Source of the DNA: an uncultured delta proteobacterium
GTDB taxonomy: Bacteria; Desulfobacterota; WTBG01
Assembly (NCBI GenBank): GCA_963793865.1
Contig: CAWCBP010000001.1
Location: forward strand, 992,001-1,056,000
Length of the DNA: 64,000 nt
Reading direction: 5' to 3'
The position numbers and the translations under genes are program-made. A model generated the notes under the pieces. The model searched no databases, was not told where the DNA came from, and worked only from the letters and a program-made list of their open reading frames with translations. Shown here in pieces: positions 1-9,679 of the stretch. Each line of letters opens with the position of its first letter. The first letter of the stretch is position 1.

Positions 1-930
1 GAGGTTTTAACACGCTCGCTTGTCGAACTTGAAACAAAAATCAACAAAATTGAAAAGTCATTCCTTGAAACAGCGCAATCAAAGGAATCATCTCAAACGC
101 CCGCAGTGGCGTCGGCAAAAGATTATGATTACAGCGCATCACCAGGAGGCCAGGCCACTGGCACGAAACCTCAGCGGCAGTCATTCGAAATGGACCATTC
201 ATCGACTTCCGGGTCGGGCGACCCATCTGATGCATGGGGTTCAGCACGGGACGTTTTTGCCCCTGGTTCAGCTGACAGTGAAGAAAACGCATCTTTTTTC
301 TCTGCGCCGGCTGACGGCTTTGAGGAATCTCCCGAAAGCGAGGCGATGCTCAGCAATGACCAATTGTACCGCTCCGGCAGTGAACGAAAGAAATCATTCA
401 TCATTATCATTCCTGTGCTTTGTCTTCTCGCGCTCTGTCTTTTCCTTATTTATTATTACAACAATCTGCAGAAAGATTCGGACCGGCAGCTCACCATCAC
501 TGAACCGATCAGCCTCTCATCCATACCGGTTGATACCCCTCCGATTCAGCCGGCACCGGCAGGCGATGTGAAGCCTGAACCCAGGCCCGACATAACAGAC
601 GCCCCGGCGCCCTCTCCGGTAACCATCCCGGCAACAGACATAAAGGAAGATGCTGCGATAAAAACCGGCAGTCAGGACGGCGCGGTTACGCTTCCGGGCG
701 GGTTTACTGTTTCAGTCGGATCATTCAAGGAGAAAAAGAACGCAATGGATTTAACCGCCCGGCTGTCTAAAAAAGGCTATGCGGCGCAGATGGCTCCGCT
801 CACGCAAAAGAAGCTTTTCCGTGTGACGGTAGGTGCCTATGCAAAGCGGAGCGATGCCCTGGCAATGGCTTCACAGCTCAATAAAAAGGAAAAATTACAG
901 ACAATGATCATAGACCTCAACAAGCCTTAA
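1..930 (+). CDS. SPOR domain-containing membrane-anchored cell division protein (5' partial)
   Basis: Frame 1 is open from base 1 into ORF 106..930; single TM segment (FIIIIPVLCLLALCLFLIYYY), Pro/Ala linker, C-terminal SPOR signature (FTVSVGSFKEKKNA...LFRVTVGAY). Confidence 0.85.
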   Translation, partial: EVLTRSLVELETKINKIEKSFLETAQSKESSQTPAVASAKDYDYSASPGGQATGTKPQRQSFEMDHSSTSGSGDPSDAWGSARDVFAPGSADSEENASFFSAPADGFEESPESEAMLSNDQLYRSGSERKKSFIIIIPVLCLLALCLFLIYYYNNLQKDSDRQLTITEPISLSSIPVDTPPIQPAPAGDVKPEPRPDITDAPAPSPVTIPATDIKEDAAIKTGSQDGAVTLPGGFTVSVGSFKEKKNAMDLTARLSKKGYAAQMAPLTQKKLFRVTVGAYAKRSDALAMASQLNKKEKLQTMIIDLNKP

Positions 931-994
931 ATCGCCTGTCACCAACCTTCCTGCATCCGGCAGTTTGCTTCTGATTAGTGTAAACATTGCATCA

Positions 995-1040
995 ATACAA
1001 GATATGGTGTTTAATATGGAAACCATACATTTTATGGTAT
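995..1040 (+). promoter_or_regulatory. Tandem NrdR-box-like 16-mers upstream of smc
   Basis: ATACAAGATATGGTGT (995-1010) and ATACATTTTATGGTAT (1025-1040), offset by 30 bp, resemble the NrdR consensus acaCwAtATaTwGtgt. Confidence 0.45.
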
Positions 1041-1047
1041 TTTTTTC

Positions 1048-1076
1048 TTTACAAGCGCTTTAGATTCTGCTAAAAA
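1048..1076 (+). promoter_or_regulatory. Putative sigma70 promoter for smc
   Basis: TTTACA-N17-TAAAAA with extended -10 TG at 1068-1069. Confidence 0.5.
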
Positions 1077-1140
1077 ACATTTTATACAGGCTTTTTTATC
1101 AGGCAATCATCAGTCGACTTTTTTACGGTGCTGTACACCA

Positions 1141-4100
1141 ATGAAAATAAAATCAGCAGAAATCACAGGTTTTAAATCTTTTTCTGACAAGGCCAGCCTG
1201 AATTTCCTGCCCGGCATCACTGCTTTGGTCGGCCCTAACGGCTGCGGGAAAAGCAATATTGTTGACGCCTTCCGCTGGGCCATGGGGGAACAGAGCGCAA
1301 AGCAGCTGCGCGGACAGATCATGGAAGATATCATCTTTAACGGCAGCGAAACAAAAAAACCCATGGGCATGGCCGAGGTCTCCATCAGCTTTTCCAATGA
1401 AAACGGTCAGGCCTCTCATCGCTATAGCGCGTATAGTGAAATTACGGTGACCAGGCGCCTGTTCCGGTCGGGCGAGAGCGAATACTACATCAATAAAGTT
1501 CCCTGCAGGCTCAAGGATATCATAGAGCTTTTTCTCGATACCGGGGCAGGTCCAAAGGCCTACTCGATCATAGAACAGGGCAAGGTGGAACATGTCATAA
1601 ACGCCAAGCCCCTCGAACGGCGATTGCTTATTGATGAAGCTGCCGGCATAAGCAAGTACAAAAGCCGGAAAAAAGAGGCCCTTGCCAAGATGGAATCAAC
1701 CAAAAGCAACCTGCTGAGGATCGACGACATTCTGGTTGAAGTGACCCGGCAGCTTAATGCCATCAAGCGGCAGACGTCAAAACTGAAGCGGTATCAGGCC
1801 TTGAAGGCTGAAATACGAACCGTTGAGCTTGCCGTTTCTCATGCGAAGTACCGTGCGCTCAAGGAAAACAATCAATCCCTTCACTCCCTCTGCGAGGAGA
1901 GCAAACGGGAGGAAATCAGGGAAAGCACTGAGCTGAGCGCGCTCGAAGCCGCCCACGAGCAGGACAATCTTGAGCTTCACCAGTCCGAAAAGCTTTTTCA
2001 GGCGCTTCAGGCCGAGCTCTATGAGGTCAACACGGCATGCCAGAAAGAAGAGAGCACTATCGATTACCTTGGAAAAGAACGTGAGTCCGTCACCCTCCGT
2101 CAGCAGCAGCTGTTGAGAAACATGGAGACGCTGAGCCACCGCATAGCAGAACACCAGGCGGAAGAAAAAACCTTACAGGAAAAAAACGCCGATTACTCCC
2201 ATGCGATCGCTGAACGCAACATCATGCTTACGGACAGGGAAAAGCAGCTGCTCGGCTTAAAGGAGGCCCACGCCCTTCTGCGATCCAGCATTGATGCTGA
2301 AAAAAACGATCTCATCGATCTGCTGACCGGGCTTGCCGGCAGGACCAATCATCTTACCCAGCTGGAGAAGAACCACCTGAGCCTGCTTCGCAAAATAGAC
2401 TATTCCAAGGACGAGTCGCGCAGGCTATCCAACGACCTTGTGGCCGTCGAAGACAATCTGGCACAATTGCTTGAAGAGCACAAGCGCTGCCTCCAGCTTG
2501 AAAACGAGCATCTCACTGAAAAAGCGAGCGGGGAAAGCCGGATCGCCTCAATTGCTGACGATCTGTGCCGAACAGAGCTGCTGTATACCGCCGCCAGGGA
2601 AAAATGGGAGAAGCTCAATTCGCGGCTTGACTCGCTTCAGGAACTGCGCGACAAGTTCGAAGAGTGCGAAAACGGAGTTCGTTCCATTATGCTCCGGACC
2701 AGAGGCAGTCAGGACGAGAGCAACGGCATTTGCGGCCTGCTGGCAGACTTCATCCAAACCGATCCGCAATACGAGACGGCGGTCGAGGCGATATTAGGCG
2801 ACAAACTCCACTACATTGTCGTTGAGAGCCATCTCACCGGCATCGAAGCCCTTGACTATATAAAAGTGCAGGCGCTCGGCAAGGCAAGCATTGTTCCCCT
2901 GAACCTTAGAAATCCCGGCCCCGTGCCGTCTCCTTCCCTGAGTGCGGAAACAAAAGCCCTGCCGCTTGGCGATCTGGTGACCACCCGCGATGAATACCGC
3001 GTCATCATCGACCATCTCCTTGCGGACGTGGTCCTGGTCGACTGCCTGGCCACCGCTCTTGCCATCTGGAGCTCTAACGGAAACAACTATACGCTGGTTA
3101 CCCTGGATGGCGAAATCATAGACCCCGCCGGCATCATCACCGGAGGCCGCCACAACGGAACCCCCGCAGCTCTTCTGGGTAAGCGCAGAGAAATAATGGA
3201 ACTGCAGTCCCGGCTTGCCGATCTCACCCCACGCTGCGAGCGGCTCAGGGCCGAAAAAGAGAACCTGAGCAGCCTGCTCTCAAATGCACGGGACAAAAAC
3301 GAACAGCTTAAGGAGCAATCTCACCGCGAGGCCCTTCAGCTTATTGCGCTCAAGCGCGACATTGCCCAGCTCCAGAAGACTAAAGAAGACATCAGGCAGC
3401 GCATTGACATGCTCCGCCAAGAAAAGCAGGAAAGCGAGTCATCGCTTGCCGCTCTGGCTCAGGAATCAGAAATGCTGCAGCATGAAAAGGAGGCCATGCT
3501 TGCTCAAAAAAGCGAAAAAGAGCAACTCCTGCAGCAGCTGCAGCAGCGGGAGCAGGATGGGGCAATGGAGATTGAGAGTATTAATGACCAGATCACCTCG
3601 CTCAAAATTGCCATCGCCTCCGAAACAGAGAAGTGTGACAATACCGTTCATGCCATCCAGCAGGCCCGAAGCAGCCTCTCCCGTCTTTTCCAGGAGCAGC
3701 GCCAGGCGCATGAGCAGCTTGAGGAATTAAAAGTCAAGGAGGCCGGGCTCAACACTGCTCTCATGGAATCACAGTCCGCGGCCGAGGCGCATCTGGCTGT
3801 AAAGTGCGATCGCGAGCAGTCTCTTGAGGTCGCCCGCCGGGATATCGTGCACAAGGAAGGGGTGCTCCGCGCCACGGAACAGCTGCTCAAGGAGGGCAAG
3901 CGCCGTCTTGAAGAGCGACGGGCGGCGGTGCAGGAGCTTAACCTGCGCCTGACCGAAAGCAGCCTCACCGTCAGCCACCTGCTTGCCGATATAGAGGAAA
4001 AGTATCATCTCCGGCTTGAAGAGTTCACGCCTGAACCTGGCGGCGGCGGTGATGAAACACAGTCTGTTGAGCTGCTGCACGACCTCAGGGATAGGATTGA

Positions 4101-4698
4101 GAGGCTGGGAGAGGTTAATCTTGCCGCCGCCCAGGAAGAGGAGGAACTTTCCGGCCGTTTCCAATTCCTGACGGAACAGCGGGAGGACCTGATGAAGTCC
4201 CTGGAATCACTTCAGCAGGCAATCAAAAAGATTAACCGGGCAACCCGCGACCGTTTTCTCGAGGCCTTTAACGGGATCAACGAGCAGTTCAAAAACGTTT
4301 TTTCAGAGCTGTTCCAGGGAGGCAGGGCCGAGCTCAAGCTGACCGATGAAGAAAACATCCTGGAAACCGGCATAGACATTGCTGCACAGCCGCCCGGCAA
4401 AAAGCTTCAGGATCTCGACCTGCTTTCCGGAGGGGAAAAATCGCTGACCGCATTTGCCTTGCTCATTGCCATCTTTCTGGTCAAGCCCAGTCCTTTTTGC
4501 ATTCTCGATGAGGCGGATTCCGCCCTTGACGATACCAACGCCAACCGTTTCAACCGCTACATTCAAAACCTGTGCCATGTCTCGCAGTTTATAATCATCA
4601 CCCACAACAAGCTTACCATGCAGATCGCAAACACGCTGTACGGCATAACCATGCAGGAGCCCGGCACTTCCAAAATTGTCTCTGTACAGCTTCACTGA
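1141..4698 (+). CDS. smc: Chromosome segregation protein SMC
   Basis: 1185 aa; Walker A GPNGCGKSN, coiled coils, hinge (GEIIDPAGIITGG), signature LSGGEKS, Walker B ILDEADSALD. Confidence 0.98.
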   Translation: MKIKSAEITGFKSFSDKASLNFLPGITALVGPNGCGKSNIVDAFRWAMGEQSAKQLRGQIMEDIIFNGSETKKPMGMAEVSISFSNENGQASHRYSAYSEITVTRRLFRSGESEYYINKVPCRLKDIIELFLDTGAGPKAYSIIEQGKVEHVINAKPLERRLLIDEAAGISKYKSRKKEALAKMESTKSNLLRIDDILVEVTRQLNAIKRQTSKLKRYQALKAEIRTVELAVSHAKYRALKENNQSLHSLCEESKREEIRESTELSALEAAHEQDNLELHQSEKLFQALQAELYEVNTACQKEESTIDYLGKERESVTLRQQQLLRNMETLSHRIAEHQAEEKTLQEKNADYSHAIAERNIMLTDREKQLLGLKEAHALLRSSIDAEKNDLIDLLTGLAGRTNHLTQLEKNHLSLLRKIDYSKDESRRLSNDLVAVEDNLAQLLEEHKRCLQLENEHLTEKASGESRIASIADDLCRTELLYTAAREKWEKLNSRLDSLQELRDKFEECENGVRSIMLRTRGSQDESNGICGLLADFIQTDPQYETAVEAILGDKLHYIVVESHLTGIEALDYIKVQALGKASIVPLNLRNPGPVPSPSLSAETKALPLGDLVTTRDEYRVIIDHLLADVVLVDCLATALAIWSSNGNNYTLVTLDGEIIDPAGIITGGRHNGTPAALLGKRREIMELQSRLADLTPRCERLRAEKENLSSLLSNARDKNEQLKEQSHREALQLIALKRDIAQLQKTKEDIRQRIDMLRQEKQESESSLAALAQESEMLQHEKEAMLAQKSEKEQLLQQLQQREQDGAMEIESINDQITSLKIAIASETEKCDNTVHAIQQARSSLSRLFQEQRQAHEQLEELKVKEAGLNTALMESQSAAEAHLAVKCDREQSLEVARRDIVHKEGVLRATEQLLKEGKRRLEERRAAVQELNLRLTESSLTVSHLLADIEEKYHLRLEEFTPEPGGGGDETQSVELLHDLRDRIERLGEVNLAAAQEEEELSGRFQFLTEQREDLMKSLESLQQAIKKINRATRDRFLEAFNGINEQFKNVFSELFQGGRAELKLTDEENILETGIDIAAQPPGKKLQDLDLLSGGEKSLTAFALLIAIFLVKPSPFCILDEADSALDDTNANRFNRYIQNLCHVSQFIIITHNKLTMQIANTLYGITMQEPGTSKIVSVQLH

Positions 4699-4735
4699 GG
4701 GCTTCCCCGTTCAGCATCTGCTCCTCTCCCCAATC

Positions 4736-4764
4736 TTGACATTTCACACATATTGACATATAAA
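4736..4764 (+). promoter_or_regulatory. Sigma70 promoter upstream of ftsY
   Basis: TTGACA-N17-TATAAA. Confidence 0.65.
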
Positions 4765-4836
4765 GAGCTGCAGCCGGCATGCCGCAGGGGCATGCATACC
4801 TGATGGTCACCACATAACCGGGGAACATCGGCATTC

Positions 4837-5832
4837 ATGAAATTACCATTTTTCAAAAAAACAGCAGATTCAGATGATCAGCAGTCCGATGCCGCCAACG
4901 ATGCCGCACCGGCTGGTTTTCTGTCGAGCCTGAAAAAGGGCCTCACTAAAACACGCAGCATTCTTAACCTGCGCATAGACGAGCTGATCCTGGGAAGGAA
5001 GGAATTCAGCAGCGGCCTTCTGGACGAACTCGAGGAAATACTGATCACCGCCGACATCGGCGTGAACACGGCACAAAAGCTCATTGCTCAGGTGCAGACA
5101 AGGATCGGCAGAGGTGAGGCAGACAAGCCGCAGCTGGTGAAACAGTATCTGAAGGATTCAATTTATTCAATTCTCAGCACCGCTGAAAAGCCCCTTTCCT
5201 TCCCGTCACAAAAACCCCGGGTTGTCATGGTGGTTGGCGTCAACGGCACCGGCAAAACGACCACCATCGCCAAGATGGCCCATTACTACCGGTCGCGGGG
5301 GAATCACGTTCTGCTGGCGGCTGCCGACACCTTCAGGGCGGCCGCCATTGAACAGCTTGAAGTCTGGAGCAGGCGGATCGATTGCGCCTTCGTAAAACAG
5401 AGCCCCGGCTCGGACCCGTCGGCGGTGGTTCACGATGCCATCAATGCGGCGCTCAAAAGAAACAGCCATATGGTCATCATAGACACCGCGGGACGAATGC
5501 ATACCAGGGCCAATTTGATGGAAGAAATAAAAAAAATGCGCCGCGTTGCAGGACGGGCCTGCCCCGGCGCCCCCCATGAAACGCTTCTGGTCATTGATGC
5601 CACCTCCGGCATGAACGCCCTCTCGCAGGCGCGCCTGTTCCAGGAGGCGATCGAGATCACCGGCATTGTCCTTACCAAGCTTGACGGCACTGCGAAGGGA
5701 GGTATCATCGTTTCCATTGCTGACGATTTCGCCATACCCATATCATTTGTCGGCATAGGAGAAGGACTGGATGATCTGAAAGCCTTCAGGGCGCGCGAGT
5801 TTACCGATGCGCTCTTTAATGAGGCGCGATAG
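4837..5832 (+). CDS. ftsY: Signal recognition particle receptor FtsY
   Basis: GVNGTGKTTT, DTFRAAAIEQL, DTAGR, TKLDGTAKGG motifs. Confidence 0.98.
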   Translation: MKLPFFKKTADSDDQQSDAANDAAPAGFLSSLKKGLTKTRSILNLRIDELILGRKEFSSGLLDELEEILITADIGVNTAQKLIAQVQTRIGRGEADKPQLVKQYLKDSIYSILSTAEKPLSFPSQKPRVVMVVGVNGTGKTTTIAKMAHYYRSRGNHVLLAAADTFRAAAIEQLEVWSRRIDCAFVKQSPGSDPSAVVHDAINAALKRNSHMVIIDTAGRMHTRANLMEEIKKMRRVAGRACPGAPHETLLVIDATSGMNALSQARLFQEAIEITGIVLTKLDGTAKGGIIVSIADDFAIPISFVGIGEGLDDLKAFRAREFTDALFNEAR

Positions 5833-5833
5833 A

Positions 5834-7351
5834 GTGGAACGGTATCATGAACGGACACGGCTCTGCTGCTTCCTGGGTGCGTTTATCCTGTGCCTGGCAA
5901 GCAACGCGGGTGCAACCTCTCGGCAGGAGGAAGAAATGGGAAAAAAAGGAACAGATGAAGCATCCATTAGACCTCCCGCAGTTGCAGGAACCTTTTACCC
6001 GGCGGATGCTGATGATTTGACAGCGCAGATCCGCCGATTCCTGCAGGCAGTCCCGTCCCGACCGCTTCCCGGCAGCATTAAGGCCCTCATTGCGCCTCAC
6101 GCGGGATATGTCTATTCGGGTCAGGTTGCCGCCCACGCCTACAAGCTGCTTGAGGGGATGCGCTTTGACACCGTCATTGTCATTGCCCCCAGCCACCGCC
6201 ATTCATTCCGCGGCGCATCCGTCTATCCCCGCGGCGCCTATGAGATTCCCCTCGGCCTCATACCGGTCGATCATGCCCTCGCGGACCGGCTCATCAGGGA
6301 TTGCCGTCTTATCACCGCCATTCCCGAGGCTCACGCACGGGAGCACTCATTGGAAGTGCAGCTCCCTTTTTTAAAAACGGTGCTCCCTGATTTCACCCTG
6401 CTTCCCCTGGTGATGGGCTCATGCGATTTTGCCGACTGCGAGGCAATCGCATCGGCGCTGTACAGGGCTGTAAAAGATAAGCGCGTACTCATTGTGGCAA
6501 GCTCGGACCTTTCACACTACCATCCCTATCAGGACGCGGTCGCGCTTGATCAAAAAGTCATCAGCCACGTAACACGCTTCGACGCCCACGGACTCTACCA
6601 GGCTTTCACCGCGGATACCTGCGAGGCATGCGGCGCCCTGCCCATCATCACCGCCATGCTGTGCGCCCGAATGCTCGGTGCCACAAAGGCGGAGCGGCTG
6701 TTCTATGCCAATTCCGGGGATGTCAGCGGTGATAAAAGCGCCGTGGTGGGATATTTTTCCGCCGCCCTGTACGCCGCATCGGGCACGACCCACAACCGCG
6801 CCGCGGGAATTGACCTTGGGCTTACTGACAAGGAAAAAGAGGCGCTGCACACCATTGCCAGAACGGCCATAGAATCAAGCTGCAGGGGAAAAGGACTGCC
6901 GGAACCACCTCCTCTCACCGAAAGGCTGCGGGAAAAACGCGGGGCATTCGTTACCCTGCACAAGGGGGGTAATCTCCGGGGCTGCATCGGCTACATTCGC
7001 GCACAGAAGCCTTTGTTTCAAGCCATACGGGAAATGGCCCTCGCCGCGGCTTTTCAGGACAGCCGGTTCAGACCGGTTACCGGTGATGAGCTTAAGGATC
7101 TTTCCATTGAAATTTCGGTTTTGACGCCCTTAAAAAAAATTTCCCGGCTCGATGAAATAGTGGTGGGAACTCACGGCATTTACATTGTCAAGGATTATCA
7201 TTCGGGCCTGCTCCTGCCGCAGGTAGCAACCGAAAACAAATGGGACAGGGAAACATTCATCCGCCACACCTGCACCAAGGCCGGACTGCCGGAGAACGCA
7301 TGGCAGGAGAGCGATGCTGAAATCTATATCTTCTCAGCGGATATTTTTTAG
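5834..7351 (+). CDS. amrB: AmmeMemoRadiSam system protein B (MEMO1) / protein A (AMMECR1) fusion
   Basis: RPPAVAGTFYP, PHAGYVYSG, EHSLEVQLPFL, SSDLSHY, EACG (MEMO1) then GAFVTL, LRGCIG, GLLLPQVA (AMMECR1). Start either GTG 5834 or ATG 5936. Confidence 0.93.
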   Translation: MERYHERTRLCCFLGAFILCLASNAGATSRQEEEMGKKGTDEASIRPPAVAGTFYPADADDLTAQIRRFLQAVPSRPLPGSIKALIAPHAGYVYSGQVAAHAYKLLEGMRFDTVIVIAPSHRHSFRGASVYPRGAYEIPLGLIPVDHALADRLIRDCRLITAIPEAHAREHSLEVQLPFLKTVLPDFTLLPLVMGSCDFADCEAIASALYRAVKDKRVLIVASSDLSHYHPYQDAVALDQKVISHVTRFDAHGLYQAFTADTCEACGALPIITAMLCARMLGATKAERLFYANSGDVSGDKSAVVGYFSAALYAASGTTHNRAAGIDLGLTDKEKEALHTIARTAIESSCRGKGLPEPPPLTERLREKRGAFVTLHKGGNLRGCIGYIRAQKPLFQAIREMALAAAFQDSRFRPVTGDELKDLSIEISVLTPLKKISRLDEIVVGTHGIYIVKDYHSGLLLPQVATENKWDRETFIRHTCTKAGLPENAWQESDAEIYIFSADIF

Positions 7352-7435
7352 CATCATGAGCCCGTTATCCCCAACACGTCATCGCAGATTGCGGTGCGTC
7401 CTTCATCTCTCTCATTATCATCAGGTTCCGGTCGC

Positions 7436-9679
7436 ATGATGCTGCGCAGGCTGCTGCTTTTATCAGCTCCATTCATACTAACCGCAGGATGTCAGAATCC
7501 GCTTAACAGCCCATACCGCCAGGCGGAGGGCACAGAGCGCTTTTATTATGCAACCTTTTACGAGCAGCCGAAAACGCTGGATCCCGCCAGGTCCTACAGC
7601 GCTGATGAATACCGAATCATCTGCCAGATTTATGAGCCGCCGCTTCAATACAACTATCTCATGCGCCCCTACCGACTGGAACCGCTTACCGCCGACGGCA
7701 TGCCCCGGCCCCGATCCTATGAAAGCACCGGCAGTCCGACGAACCTTCCGCAGTGTGCATCGGGATGCGTCTGTTATGACATACGCATAAAAAAAGGTAT
7801 ATCCTACCAGCCCCACCCCTGCTTTGCCAGGGATGATCTGGGCCGCTTTCTGTACCACCGGCTCTCCCCTGAGGCCGCTGCTGAAATTCATGCCATAACC
7901 GACTTTTCCAGGACAGGATCCCGGGAGCTGAAAGCGGCTGACTACATATACCAGATTTACCGCCTGGCCGATCCGCGCAACAACTCTCCCATCGCTCCGA
8001 TCATGTCAAAATACATTCTCGGCTTTGCCGAACTCACGCAATCTCTGGCTTCGGCACTCGACCGGGAACGGTCCGCGAGAAGGAGCCGGGCGGGAACAAC
8101 CTATAATCAGCAGGCCGATGAGCAGGAACATCCCATCCGGCTGGACTACGGCAGCTTTTCATTGCCCGGCGCCGTCCTGAAGGATGATTACGCATTTCAG
8201 CTCCTTCTGAAAGTAAAATACCCCCAGATCCTTTATTGGCTGGCCATGCCTTTTTTTTGCCCCATCCCCTGGGAGGCCGAGCAGTTTTACAGCCAGGGGG
8301 CCTTGATACGGAAAAACATCACCCTGCAGTCATACCCGGTTGGGACCGGACCCTTCAGGATGGACACCTTTGATCCCAACCTGGAGATTGTTTTAAGGAA
8401 AAATGAAGCATATCACCCCGACGCCTATCCCGTGAGCGGTGAAGCGGACGACGGCGCCGCAGGATACCTTGATGACGCTTCAAAGCCGCTCCCCTTCCTT
8501 GACAGGATTGTCTTCAAGCTTGAAAGGGAGTCAATACCCCGCTGGAACAAGTTTCTGCAAGGATACTATGATTCATCGGGCATTGCCTCCGACAGCTTCG
8601 ACCAGGCCGTCACCTTTTCCCCGGAGGGGGTGATTGACCTTACCGAACGGTTTAAGGACAGGAAGATCCTGCTCCTGTCCTCCATCATGCCCACCACCTA
8701 CTATTTTGCCTTCAACATGGACGATCCCCTCGTCGGCGGCTATGCGCCACACAAGCAGAAGCTGCGGCAGGCCATATCCATCGCCATCGACATGGAGGAG
8801 CAGATTGAGCTCTTCGCTAATGGAAGGGGTGTGCCCGCCCACGGCCCCATTCCGCCCGGCATCTTCGGCTACGAGGAAAGCTCATCCTCCTTCAACCCCT
8901 ACGTCTACCGCATGAATGGCGGGAGTTCCCGGCCGGAACGCAAAATCATTTCCGAGGCGCAGAAACTGCTTGCGGAGGCCGGTTACCCGAACGGGCTGGA
9001 CCCTGCCACCGGGAAACCGCTCATCATCGGCTTTGACAACGCCTGGACCGGCCCTGAATCCCAGGCTCAGCTCAAATGGTTTCAAAAGCAGTTTCAAAAG
9101 CTGGGTCTCGTGCTTGAGAGCAGGACAACCGACTACAACCGTTTTCAGGAAAAAATCCTGGGCGGCAACTTCCAGTTCTTCTCCTGGGGCTGGCATGCCG
9201 ATTATCCCGACCCCGAAAATTTCCTTTTTCTCCTGTACGGGCCGAACGGCAAGATTCGCTACGGCGGAGAGAACGCGGCAAATTATGACAACCCGGAATT
9301 CAACCGGCTTTTTAAAATCATGGAAACCATGGATAACACCCCCGAACGCGCCGCCCTTATAGGGCAGCTGCTGGAGATCGCCCGCCGCGACGCGCCCTGG
9401 GTGTGGGGATATCATCCCCAGGAATTGAGCCTGTACCATCAGTGGGTTTATAACGCCAAACCCCATGCCATAGCCCAAAACATTTTCAAGTATATACGCA
9501 TTGACCCGAAGCTGAGAAACGGCAATAGAATTGAGTGGAACCGTCCGAGGCTCCGGCCGCTTGCGGCGTTCTTTGTTTTCCTGTCAGCTCTCTTCATACC
9601 GGCTTTTATTAAAAAATTGAAAAAGAACCGGATGACCCGGAGCAGCGCGTTAAAAACCGATACCGGGAGACTTGCATGA
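7436..9679 (+). CDS. ABC transporter substrate-binding protein, family 5 (OppA/DppA-like) lipoprotein
   Basis: Lipobox LTAGC, KTLDPARSY, PVGTGPF, GWHADYPDPENF; C-terminal hydrophobic helix. Confidence 0.9.
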   Translation: MMLRRLLLLSAPFILTAGCQNPLNSPYRQAEGTERFYYATFYEQPKTLDPARSYSADEYRIICQIYEPPLQYNYLMRPYRLEPLTADGMPRPRSYESTGSPTNLPQCASGCVCYDIRIKKGISYQPHPCFARDDLGRFLYHRLSPEAAAEIHAITDFSRTGSRELKAADYIYQIYRLADPRNNSPIAPIMSKYILGFAELTQSLASALDRERSARRSRAGTTYNQQADEQEHPIRLDYGSFSLPGAVLKDDYAFQLLLKVKYPQILYWLAMPFFCPIPWEAEQFYSQGALIRKNITLQSYPVGTGPFRMDTFDPNLEIVLRKNEAYHPDAYPVSGEADDGAAGYLDDASKPLPFLDRIVFKLERESIPRWNKFLQGYYDSSGIASDSFDQAVTFSPEGVIDLTERFKDRKILLLSSIMPTTYYFAFNMDDPLVGGYAPHKQKLRQAISIAIDMEEQIELFANGRGVPAHGPIPPGIFGYEESSSSFNPYVYRMNGGSSRPERKIISEAQKLLAEAGYPNGLDPATGKPLIIGFDNAWTGPESQAQLKWFQKQFQKLGLVLESRTTDYNRFQEKILGGNFQFFSWGWHADYPDPENFLFLLYGPNGKIRYGGENAANYDNPEFNRLFKIMETMDNTPERAALIGQLLEIARRDAPWVWGYHPQELSLYHQWVYNAKPHAIAQNIFKYIRIDPKLRNGNRIEWNRPRLRPLAAFFVFLSALFIPAFIKKLKKNRMTRSSALKTDTGRLA

